Source: Octopus sinensis (Eukaryota). Taken from it: a DNA stretch of 22,303 bases. Both the position numbers and the translations under genes were made by a program. Positions 10,846-21,564 of this stretch are shown here, one piece after another. The DNA lies in the NCBI RefSeq assembly GCF_006345805.1, contig NW_021836971.1, forward strand, positions 1-22,303, read 5' to 3'. The stretch's first letter is position 1; every line of letters starts with the position of its first letter. The notes beneath the pieces are model-generated. The model did not search any database. It worked only from the letters and a program-made list of their open reading frames with translations, and was not told where the DNA came from.

Positions 10846-11220
10846 CCACATGGTTCAGGGTTCAGTCCCACTGCGTGGTACCTTGGGCAAGTGTCTTCTA
10901 CTATAGCCTCGGGCCGACCAAAGCCTTGTGAGTGGATTTGGTAGACGGAAACTGAAAGAAGCCCGTCGTATATATGTATATATATATATGTATGTGTGTG
11001 TATGTGTTTGTGTGTCTGTGTTTGTTCTCCCAACATCGCTTGACAACTGATGCTGGTATGTTTACGTCCCCGTAACTTAGCGGTTCGGCAAAACAGACCG
11101 ATAGAATAAGTACTAGGCTTTCAAAGAATAAGTCCTGGGGTCGATTTCCTCGACTAAGGGTGGTGCTCCAGCATGACCACAGTCAAATGACTGAAACAAG
11201 TAAAAGAGAAAAAAAAGAGA
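10846..11220 (+). mobile_element. SINE family A (CORE-type), well-preserved copy lacking the A-box head
   Basis: B box gggttcagtcccac, CORE-like gtggtaccttgggcaagtgtcttc, internal TA/TG microsatellite and tail cagtcaaatgactgaaacaagtaaaaga. Confidence 0.9.
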
Positions 11221-11502
11221 AAAATACTATGTGTGTGTGTGTGTGTATATGGTTGTGTGCGCATGCGCGTGTATGTTTGCGTCCAGGGTTGTGTTCAAGT
11301 GTCAGATCTCACAATACATATTAATCAAATGCCAAATGCTAAAGAAATATTAAAATAACAAACATATTTGTTGTGCAAAGATCGTCGGTCGCGAGGGTTG
11401 GGATGGGAGAGGCGAAGATGGGGTGTGACGTAGGTAGACATTGACTTAAATTACCAGTTGATATATGGCAAAAGGTAATTATTCATGACTTCTATAATTA
11501 TA

Positions 11503-11524
11503 TATATATGTATACATATATATA

Positions 11525-11560
<36 letters not shown>

Positions 11561-11621
11561 TGTATGTATGTATCTGTGTGCATGTATGTACGTATGTATG
11601 TATGTATATATATATATATGC

Positions 11622-11692
<71 letters not shown>

Positions 11693-11860
11693 TATATTTC
11701 ATATAAGTGAGTATCAAAGTATGTATGCTACTCAGAGCTAACAAGGTGCCTCAATTTAAGTACCTAGTTCAGCTGAAGTTAAATGTATTTCATACACACA
11801 CACACATACACATATATATATATATATATATATAATATATATATATATAAAAATTATATA
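11503..11860. repeat. (TA)n/(TATG)n/(CA)n microsatellite block
   Basis: Visible directly in the sequence. Confidence 0.95.
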
Positions 11861-11861
11861 T

Positions 11862-12300
11862 AAATTACAAAATGGGACAAGAACGCAAAACACACAAAGA
11901 GACGACACAAAAAACGGATGGGTCATTCGAAGCCTCTAATCTTCAGTCAGGAACCGGATCATCCTCGCAATTTCGGCTGATTCATCTTGAGATCGCTCCG
12001 ATCCGGCCAGCCCCAAGGAAAAACTAAGCTACGAGCATTAGATTTCTTGGGAAAAGGATCGAATGTATACGAAACAAGGACAGAAAAACGGACGATGCCA
12101 CACGAATATAAATACAAAAAACAAAAATAAAAATCAAGAATAGTAATAACAGGACAAAAACATCGGGTGTCTTACGACTTTAGACAGTCTAACTTATCTT
12201 AGCTGGCGTATTTGGAAATAAATGCCTTTGCGACAGACGAAGAAAACGGTGTTGTCGTGGCGGCTGTCGGTAATGGTGTCAAGGGCACCCAAATTTCAGG
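11862..12300 (-). mobile_element. Probable Penelope-like element remnant (ORF end plus terminal repeat) abutting (TA)n
   Basis: Minus strand 12300-12205 reads ...SSVAKAFISKYAS*, loosely like the E..FI.KY.P end of PLE GIY-YIG domains. A pyrimidine-rich UTR then runs into (TA)n. The family assignment is inference. Confidence 0.45.
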
Positions 12301-12455
12301 TAATGCTAAGTAAGTGCTATGGACAGACTATAGTTAACCTCCAGGTTCGGTAATTATGCAAATGAATAGTCCAACGTAGGTCATATATCAGCATGTGTAC
12401 ATATAAGATAATTAACATAATGAAATAAAAAAATTCAAGGCTGTGAAAGACTAAT

Positions 12456-12523
12456 ACTGGAACTGAACTTGGGATCATGTGGTTGGCAAGTAAGCTTCTT
12501 ATCAAACAACCACGTCTGCGCTT
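12456..12523 (-). mobile_element. SINE family A tRNA-like head only
   Basis: Reverse complement agcgcagacgtggttgtttgataagaagcttacttgccaaccacatgatcccaagttcagttcc matches 16890-16950. Confidence 0.75.
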
Positions 12524-13226
12524 ATGTGTGTGTGTGTGTGTGTGTGTCGTGTGCGCGTCCGTTCCTATGTGTGTGCATGTGCCTGTGTGCGTGTGTATCT
12601 ATAGAATAAAATATTCGAACTAAAGCAACTGTTTAGAAGGAAAAATAACCAAAAACGTTGTTCATAGCGCAAATACATAATTAACAATAAAAAGTTTGTT
12701 AATAAATACAAAATATTGCAACAATTTATTAGAAAAACATAGAAAAAAAGGCATGAACAATTGCAAAGGAACATTCCTCTCACTGCACTGAAGAGGAAAA
12801 TAACTAAAACTGTACTTTATAAAGGAAATAAAAAAAAAAGAAAGACAGGCAGAAAATATAGCAGCCATAAATGCCTATGGAAAATAGAGAGAGAGAGAAA
12901 AACAAAAAGAAAGAAGAGAAAATAGATCTTCAATTGCCATTGCAGATCTGATTAATAGCCAAAGATATTGGAGTCAATAAACGTGTAAAATAACTGGAGA
13001 AACTCCGTTTATTTTTCCAACCGTATAAAATGATTTGTTTTTGTGTTTTAGTAATGTTTATCTTTTCGATCATAAAGTAGGAAAGACCTCCTATTGGACA
13101 GAATGGAAACGTAAACTAAAGGAAGGAATAAAAAAAACAAAACAAATAATGATGAAGTAGTTTAGTAAAATAATAATAAAAAAAGGTGATTGAATTAATT
13201 TTTTCTAATTATAGTACAAGACCATC

Positions 13227-13252
13227 GATGTTGATGACGATGATGATGATGG

Positions 13253-13333
<81 letters not shown>

Positions 13334-13346
13334 CGATGATGATGGT
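13227..13346. repeat. (GAT)n trinucleotide tract, about 40 units
   Basis: GAT run with a few GGT, GAC and GTT interruptions. Confidence 0.98.
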
Positions 13347-13649
13347 CCGAATCTAGTGAAGGCTGTAAATATTTGGGCAGTATCATTCACTCTTGTGAAA
13401 GGTAGGAGAGTCCAGTTTGCTGGACATTGTTGTAGAGCTGAAAAAGAAGTAATTTCTACTCTTCTCCTCTCCTCTGGAAGCCATCTACTCGCAATACCAG
13501 AGGGCGCACACTCTCCTACCCTGATGTAATCTCCAGGGATACAGGCATCCAGCAACAGGACCTCCGTAATGCCATGATGGACCGTGAAGTCTGGCGTAGC
13601 ATGGTAAATTCCATTGTCTCGACCACGGTCGAACAATGATGATGATGAT
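13347..13649 (+). mobile_element. RTE-clade LINE 3' end with (GAT)n tail
   Basis: Encodes LVKGRRVQFAGHCCRAEKEVISTLL/LWKPSTRNTRGRTLSYPDVISRDTGIQQQDLRNAMMDREVWRSMVNSIVSTTVEQ*, the typical RTE C-terminus (R...AGHC.R, DR..WR), followed by tgatgatgatgat. Confidence 0.88.
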
Positions 13650-13657
13650 TACTTAGA

Positions 13658-14146
13658 TTCTCAACAGCTTTTGGAGGTTGGACAAAACCTGAATTAGCAA
13701 AGCTACACAGAAGAACTCAGAAGAAATTCGAAATGAATGGAGGACTCCACCCAGGGGCAGGAGTAGCAAGATTATACTTACCTAGAGAGGAAGGTGGAAG
13801 GGGGGTTAACATCAGTGGGAGACTGCGTGGAGTTAGGCAGAGTAGACATAAACTCCTATGTAGGTAGTAGGGAAGAAAGTTTATTAATAGCTACTAGAGT
13901 TACAGCAAGTCATAGGGAACCTAAACTGGGAAACGTTGTTAAAATCCAGAAAAAAGAACAGAAATTATTTGACTGGCAGAAGGCGTTGCATGGTAGAATC
14001 CTAATGATAGTTTCAGCAAATAGTATTAATGCGACATGGTTATGGCATCAGGAGGGAAAGATGAAGAGGGAGACAGAACGTTTGTTGGGAGCTGCACAAG
14101 ATCAAGCACAATAGACAAAAGCCAAAGAGATTCCCAATGTAGATTG
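13658..14146 (+). mobile_element. Internal fragment of an R4/Dong-like LINE ORF (RT thumb to start of the CCHC finger), decayed
   Basis: Reads WTKPELAKLHRRTQKKFEMNGGLHPGAGVARLYLPREEGGRG. After a +1 slip in a G run it continues LTSVGDCVEL...WQKALHG...WLWHQEGKMKRETERLLGAAQDQA, then IDKSQRDSQCRL in a shifted frame. Confidence 0.88.
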
Positions 14147-14200
14147 AACCTACAGCATCAGGATTGTTTACGCAACACTTTAACCACTACGATACTCGGT
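14141..14200 (-). mobile_element. Degenerate tRNA-like SINE head truncating the LINE fragment
   Basis: Minus strand has A-box-like tcgtagtggttaaag and B-box-like ggttcaatct at tRNA-like spacing. Confidence 0.55.
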
Positions 14201-15382
14201 TTCACTGTTCACCGCTAATAGTAGAGGAATCTCTGCGGAGAGGAATAGAGAACACTTCCAGCAGTAATCCATGCAATAACTCTATCCATTCCTGCGACTC
14301 TCGTTAGTTATGGCTATTTTATTGGAACTAATCTTTTCGCCGTTATTTCTGATCTTTTTTTGAAGTCTTACGTTTATTTCCCGGTGAGATATTAACCTTG
14401 GTGACATCACTTATGTTAACCCATTGTAGATTATGGATATGTAATTCTACGTGTCTTCAGTCATGCAAATTATAATGTATTTTGGTTTTTGCTTGTTTCC
14501 TCAGTAGAAGCCAGTCACATAATAATTCTTGCTTCATCAATAAATATATATATAGAGAATCGATTTTTCCCCAATGTATGTTGAAGATAGTTCTTATATA
14601 TATATATATATCCACACTTAATGTTTGGCAATTGAATATTTTTCAGGATTCGATATAGTTGTGTCGTTTGTATATGTGTTTAAGTATGTATGTGCGCATA
14701 TAAATATATATAAATATATTTACATATATATATACATATATATATACATATATATATACACATATATATACACATATATATATACATATATATATATACA
14801 TATAGATATATATATACATATATATATATATATGCATGCATATATATCAGTACACTCATGTTTGCGTATGTGTTCTTGCACATGCTTATATAAGTGTGTA
14901 TGTGTGTGTGTGTGTTGTGTGTGTGCTTGTATATGTAGGTATATAGTTGTATATATATATTAATTGTATATGTATTTATGTCTATGTGTATTTGTATATC
15001 TTTGTGTATACGTCTGTTTATATATGCATTTATGTGTGTTTTCATGTTTTTCTTTTATTTCTTCTCTTTTATTTGTTCTCATGTCTGTTCAGCTCTTTCA
15101 TTCGTTGATTGAAAATTTCTCTGTCCTCCTCTTTGTTTCTCACTCTCCTTCATTCTTTCTTTCACTCTCTCTCTCTCTTTCTCCGTGTCCTATTTGGTGT
15201 TCACATTCAGCCCTGCTAAAACTCTTCTTCTAATACTGGCTTTTAGCCCCCCCACCACATTTTTAGCTATTTTTGCTTCATATTCAAAAATAGTTCTCGA
15301 AAGACTCGTTCACTTCAGAATATTGTGTCTTTATATTTTTATACAATATGTCCGTAACAAATATCGTAGTTCAAAACTTTTC

Positions 15383-15436
15383 AGTGGCTGTGTGGTAAGA
15401 AGCTTGCTTCCCGACCACATGGTTCCTGGTTCGGTT
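15383..15436 (+). mobile_element. SINE family A head fragment
   Basis: agtggctgtgtggtaagaagcttgcttcccgaccacatggttcctggttc matches 16898-16950. Confidence 0.85.
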
Positions 15437-15473
15437 CAGATCACTGATTCAGATATCCGGATTTAGCGACGAA

Positions 15474-16170
15474 ACGCTTGTTGGTAACGTGTGTGTATAC
15501 ACCTACACCAGCTCGCAGTGCCACATATCTAGACTGTAAGATGTTAACACATCGGAGTTGTTGTCTCCTCATCAGTTGCAGACACTAAGCCGACGACACT
15601 GCGAGCTGATTTAGGAGATTAAATCTTTTATGCTTTTCCAGTCAGTGTAAGATGACTGGCAGTGTTATACGGCGGCTCATCGTAAGGAAATTACGGAACG
15701 GGGACGCTAAGCAGTGATAAATGAAATTGCAATGTTATTATCAGTCCAAATATGCTTGATGCGCGTTCGAACTCGGGAACAAGCTACTCACTGCGTTTTG
15801 TCACGGAGAAAGTATCTCGCTTGCTTGTTGACAAGATCATTTCGCAGCGCCGTCTACCTTAACTGTGAAATGTGTCGTCTGCTTAGTGTCTGTCACCAAT
15901 GAGGAGATAAATACTCCGAAATACTGTTAAAACATCTGGATCACCTCACAGCGCCATCTACCTAGATTGTGAAATGTGTCGTCTGCTTAGCGTCTGTGAC
16001 CAACGAGGAGATAACTCCTCCGAAATACTAGCATCTCACAATTTAGTCGGTGGCACTGCGAACTGATCTAGATATATACACACGATTTGTCAACAAGCGA
16101 GATATATTCTCCATGCCAAAAGGCAGGGAGTAGCTTGTTTCACAGTTTCAACGTGCATGTTCGAACTGGT
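15474..16170. mobile_element. Mosaic inverted/tandem repeat element, probable non-autonomous foldback DNA transposon
   Basis: 15491-15600 is an inverted copy of 15975-16082. 15843-15930 is directly repeated at 15948-16030. 15763-15836 is inverted at 16088-16168. Confidence 0.75.
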
Positions 16171-16177
16171 AGTAGCA

Positions 16178-16278
16178 TTGAAATGTAAAGTGTCTTGCTC
16201 AAGGAAAAAACGCACCACTGGGAATCGAATCCAAAACCAAGAGCGCAACACCATAACCAGTAAGCTAGGCGCCTTGAC
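16178..16278 (-). mobile_element. Degenerate CORE-SINE 5' part (family B-like)
   Basis: Reverse complement tcaaggcgcctagcttactggttatgg...ggattcgattccc...tccttgagcaagacactttac. Confidence 0.7.
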
Positions 16279-16369
16279 TACGTACGTCCGTGCGACTTTC
16301 TGTCCGTCTGATTGTATGTACACATGTATTTACGTATGTTAATGCGTGTGTATATGTGTATATTTCTGT

Positions 16370-16409
<40 letters not shown>

Positions 16410-16889
16410 TGTATGTGTGTGTGTGTGTGTGTGCGTGCGTGCGTGTTTATCTTTTTGTTGTGCGCGTCAATAAGATATCCAGCAACTCATTGTCTTTCAT
16501 TTTTCTTCATATCTCATTTAACACGATGTTTTGCTTGGTTTCAGATATCTCTTTTATAGTAAGTTTAAAGTAATAACCTACTTCTGTGACTTCTGCACTT
16601 ATTTAATAGATTATACGCTGATATTATTTATCCTGGTGATATTATCAATCATATCTTTATCAAAGCTCTAAGATGACCCAGTCTTCATATTCCATTCTTA
16701 TAACGGTCTTAGTGAATTTCTGTCATGTGCTATCAAATATACAGTCTTCCTCTATAAGTACATATATACATAAATACATACATACGCATATATATATATA
16801 TATATATATATAACTGCAGTGTACATTTAAACACATAAGAGATGACCATAATAGGACATCTGACTCACATATATATGTGTGTGTGTGTA

Positions 16890-17050
16890 GGCGCAGGAGT
16901 GGCTGTCTGGTAAGTAACTTGCTTACCAGCCACATGGTTCTGGGATCAGTCCCACTGTGTGGTACCTTGGGCACGTGTCATCTGCTATGGCCTCCGGCCG
17001 AAGAAAGCCTTGTGAGTGGACTTGGTAGAAGGAAACTGAAAGAAGCATAT

Positions 17051-17094
<44 letters not shown>

Positions 17095-17258
17095 TATATA
17101 TATTATATATATATATATACTATATATATATGTTTGGGTGTCTGTGTTTGTGTCCCCACTATTGCTTGACATCCGATGATGTGTCCTGGGGTCGATTTGT
17201 TCCAATAAAGGCGGCGATCCAGCATGACCGCAGTCAAATGACTGAAACAAATAAAATA
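16890..17258 (+). mobile_element. SINE family A with tRNA head, expanded internal (TA)n and internal deletion
   Basis: ggcgcaggagtggctgtctggtaag head, B box, CORE-like block and tail. Lacks about 80 bp present at 11060-11130 in the other copy. Confidence 0.9.
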
Positions 17259-17621
17259 ATATGTGTGTATATGTGTGTGCGTGTTTGTGATTGTATGTGT
17301 GTTTGTGTTTGTGTGTGTATCGCTTTTAAATATTTACCTATTTCTATATATTTTCTTTACTATATCACCACGCTTAGTATTTTCCGAGCAATGGAATTGT
17401 TATTCTTAAATCGTTCTAATATTTAAGTGCGTGTTGGTGAGGACGTACCAGCTGTTTCTTTGTCGATATTCTGATGTTATGCTTCCCCTTTTGTAATTTT
17501 GTTATAATTTTCTATTTTCGTATTTCATGTAGTTTTCACTCCATATTCGTAATCTTTGCACACGAGTATATATAATATTATATATATATATATATATATA
17601 ATATATATATATCTATATATA

Positions 17622-17656
<35 letters not shown>

Positions 17657-18043
17657 CGTAAATATGAGAGCCAACTTTGAGTATGTTAACTCTATGTGCT
17701 AGAAATACTTCCACTTAGCATTTACTTTCGGCGGGAATTTTGTAAATACAACCAGAATGTAATTCATCGGACCATGGGAGAATCGTCGCTTGTAATGGTC
17801 TGATCAATTATATTGACAAATGTTGCTGACGAATCATAGACAATTATCTAAGTAGAATCTGCATATTTTGTTGATGAGGAAACATATGTACAACATTAAT
17901 CCATTATTTAGTTGTAATTTAATTTCATAGCGTTGACTGTGGTGCTATTTCTATGTGGAATTATCGTCGGCGACTTTTACCGGTGGGTCTATTTCTAGCA
18001 CATAGAGTTAACATACTCAAAGTTGGCTCTCTAATATTTACGG
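17657..18043. mobile_element. MITE of about 390 bp with about 51-bp TIRs (Tc1/pogo-like (c)cgtaaat termini)
   Basis: 17666-17707 is the perfect reverse complement of 17990-18031 (42 bp), plus a 9-bp outer match with a 2-nt indel. (TA)n flanks the left side. Confidence 0.85.
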
Positions 18044-18150
18044 ATAAATATGAATTTGTATCCCCGTTTTTTTTTGTGCTAGGTCGCTTGGTGTAAAAAT
18101 AAGGGTATTATTAAATTAATATCTATAATTTTATTCACCCTCATTATTGA

Positions 18151-18201
<51 letters not shown>

Positions 18202-18204
<3 letters not shown>

Positions 18205-18590
18205 GTAAATATAATATGTGGCAATTATTCGGTATCCAAGATTAAGCTCTGAGTTTCGGATGCCGGGGTGGAAATCCACACCACCATCTCTTCAGTTATC
18301 CGCCCATCGGGAAAACGTTATGAAAAAGGACCGTTATACAAAGGGAAATCACTGTGTTATTGACCGTTATTTATACAAAAGCGCAATTCGAATGACCGCA
18401 AATCAAGGTAAGGTAAAATGAAGATACCTGAAGAGAAGGTGGTATGGATCTCCACCTCGGCATCCGAAACTCAGAGCTTTATCTTGGCTACCGAATAATT
18501 GTCACATATTACTTTTACAGATAATTTCCTCTATTTACATAATATTGAGGTCTCTTTCTTCCTTTTGTTATCTTACCGTTTTTACCAATT
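18202..18590. mobile_element. Inverted pair of Penelope-like terminal repeats, each with a hammerhead-like core
   Basis: 18202-18300 versus the reverse complement of 18423-18521 matches 89/99 with no indels. Each arm has CTGAAGA...GAAA flanked by helix-I complementarity. Both outer ends abut (TA)n. Confidence 0.6.
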
Positions 18591-18853
18591 ATATATATAT
18601 AATATATATTATATATATATATATAATATATAATATATACGTAGATACAGATATAGATATTTATATACACAGGGTATATGCATGTATGTATGATACCTGT
18701 GTATCTGATGCTAAACTCTTTGATGGGATGAAAATATTCTGGTAGTTTAGGATTATGGGCTTATATTCTCTGTACATTTAATACAAACATTTTCAGTACG
18801 AGAAAAACTAAACGAGGTTATTGTCAATATATGCACACATGCATACATACATG

Positions 18854-18950
18854 ATACATACATACATACATACATACATACATACATACATACATACATA
18901 CATACATACATACATACATACATACATACATACATGCATACATACATACA
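18854..18950. repeat. (CATA)n microsatellite
   Basis: About 20 perfect units followed by a degenerate tail. Confidence 0.97.
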
Positions 18951-19024
18951 TATATATGCATATAGATACGTAGATATATAGGAAAATAGAAGTTGAAAAT
19001 ACACTGCGAATAGTTATTATATAT

Positions 19025-19183
19025 ATATTTTTATTAATATATTTGAAGGTTTAACGGTTTTCTCATTTTACACTGATTTTCAAAAAGTGCACATTGAAAG
19101 GCATCTTCAAATTTGAACTATTTGAAAATCAGTGTAAACTGTGAAACCATTTAGATCTTTAAACATATTCATAAAAAAATATT
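19025..19183. repeat. Palindromic hairpin, about 160 bp, 4-nt loop
   Basis: 19067-19084 pairs perfectly with 19121-19138 (18 bp). The inner stem is 11/16, the loop is gcat at 19101-19104, and the outer arms are roughly 70% complementary. Confidence 0.9.
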
Positions 19184-19589
19184 TCTTAAATGTTCTCAGT
19201 GCATTTCCATTACTATTTTTCCTATATATCTGTATATATAATATATATATATATATATATATTATATAATATATATATATATATTATAATATATATATAT
19301 ATTTATATATATATATATTATATATAGATATATAAATATATGTATCTATATATATATATATGTATGTATATATATATATGTATGTTTTTCCTACATTCTA
19401 CCCTTGTGGAATAAAATAACTTTGTTTTATATGTATATATGTATGTATGTATGTGTGTATGTATGTATGTAGTATGTATCTATCTATATATATATACAAT
19501 ATATCTGCATATGTATATACATATATACATACATATATATATATACATCCACATATATATATATATATACATACATGTATATATATCTA

Positions 19590-19623
<34 letters not shown>

Positions 19624-20372
19624 CAATATATATATATAATATATTCGTGCAAGCTCCGTTTATCTTCCGTTATATTTTTAAGTCTGGGATAGTAAAATGT
19701 GGCACCAGATTAAAATTGTCTTCAGTTTGATCGAGTAGCAGTTTATATGTTTCATGCCTCTCAGAGTCTCATCTGGTGCTTTCGGTGCTGAATTTCTGCT
19801 AAATTTTTTAGTTCCATTTTTCTTTTATCAAATTTTTTTTTTTTATCAATTCGTTTCTTGCTTAAAAATTCAGATTTCACATTCCACTTCGAGCTTCATA
19901 ACGAACGAACGAACGAAAGAGAGATACGTTCTATGTCTGCGTTGGCGTATCTTACGATTTTGATGATGTATGCTGAATTTCTCTGCTGTTAAATTGACTT
20001 TTGCTGTGTTGGCGTGTTTACACGTAGGAAGCAGACGATGATGAATGTGAGTTTTCATAAGTTTAATGTATTATTCACACACCAACGCCATTATATTGCT
20101 GCTTAATCGTTTGTATGTTTGGTTGTTAGATTTTACATTGTTATTGAACCTTATGTTAATGAGTAATTTGTTTTATTTATTTATTTATTTCCTTTTTGTT
20201 TAATCACAGCAGTGAATTATCTCTGTCAGTTTTAGCTGTCGATTAGCTTAAGGTTGGCCCTGCTTTTTTAATTTTTTTTTGTGCAAATTTAGCAAACGCA
20301 TTCAAGCTGTGAAACACAGAAGCACATATTTGTGTGTGCGTGTGTACTTGTGTTTGTGTGTCTGATACACAC

Positions 20373-20412
<40 letters not shown>

Positions 20413-20429
20413 ACACACACACACATATA

Positions 20430-20465
<36 letters not shown>

Positions 20466-20492
20466 TGTATGTATGTAGGCATGCATGTATAT

Positions 20493-20692
20493 ATGCTTAG
20501 CGGTTTTTCGTCTGCCGTTACGTGCTGAGTTCAAATTCCGCTGAGGTTTGACTTTGCATTTCATCCTTTCAGGGTCAATAAATTAAGTACCAGTTACGCA
20601 CTGGGGTTGATGTAACCGACTTAAGCCCTTTTTCTGTCCGTTTTTGTCCCCCTCTGTGTTTAGCCCCCTGTGGGTAATAAATAAAGAAATAA
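20493..20692 (+). mobile_element. SINE family C, 5'-truncated
   Basis: B box gagttcaaattcc, central ctttgcatttcatcctttcagggtcaataaattaagtaccag and tail gtcccctctgtgtttagccccctgtgggtaataaataaagaaat. Confidence 0.88.
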
Positions 20693-21564
20693 TTGGTACA
20701 CTTGGTTTTCAAGAAACAAGTGCGTTAAAAATATGAGCTGCAAGTGGAAAAATACAAATTTGCAAAACATTTCTCAAACTCAACTTAAACCCCTGATAGT
20801 TATTTTTCATTCCAAATCTGGTGTTTCGTAACTTTGTTAGAGACCTGCTTCTTCCTTTATGTTCGATTCAATTAATTAAAAATACAACATACCTGTATAC
20901 ACATTTATGCGCATGTGTATACATGCGCATGTGTACGCGTGTGCTGGTGCGGTGCATGTGTAACCAACATGATTCAAATTTCTCCGGCGTTTCTTTCTTT
21001 CCCTTAAGCATTATTTCTAACACAATGTCCATCATTAAACGATTATTACATTCGTTCCATCGTCCTAATTACATTCCTATAATTTTGCAGTTCATGAGAA
21101 ACCAGTGGCAATTATCTTATAATAGTTTCATTTAGAAACCGCCCGCTCCTTACACAACACAAGGCCATAGCTAGTGGAGAATTGAATAGCAAAGAAGACT
21201 ATAGTTTAGAAACCTGTAAAGGAGCGTTTGACGAAAATGCCGCTGGAACCAGTAACATCTACAGGTGTCATGCGTAGACTAACGCCTGCTGGATGCACGT
21301 GACATGCGGGGCTATCAAAATGGCACGACTTACCAAAAGTCACCTTGAAATCATCCTGTACTCCGGCGCGAATGATAATCAGCTATGCCTTATGCGGCTC
21401 ATCCCTAGGGAACAGCTACTTTCTGTTGGAATCTGGATGTAAGCTAAGACAAAAATTGCTTCAAGATGTCGTACCTCATGCACGATGTAAAGTATATTTT
21501 AGTTGCCAGTGAGACATACGCGATCTCTTCTTACTCGGAGCAATGCCTACAGCCGAGGACTAGC

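Noticed and set aside
11920-11990. Two hammerhead-like half motifs on the minus strand (ctcaaga...cgaaa and ctgaaga...cgaat)
   Set aside because: Each breaks an essential core base, and no helix I or III pairing could be built.
12238-12299. Plus-strand exon-like EENGVVVAAVGNG resembling the subtilase AAGN motif
   Set aside because: Weak acceptor, isolated, and it lies inside a putative repeat remnant better read on the minus strand.
13195-13636. Poly-His and poly-Ser ORFs on the minus strand
   Set aside because: They are antisense readings of the (GAT)n tract and the RTE remnant.
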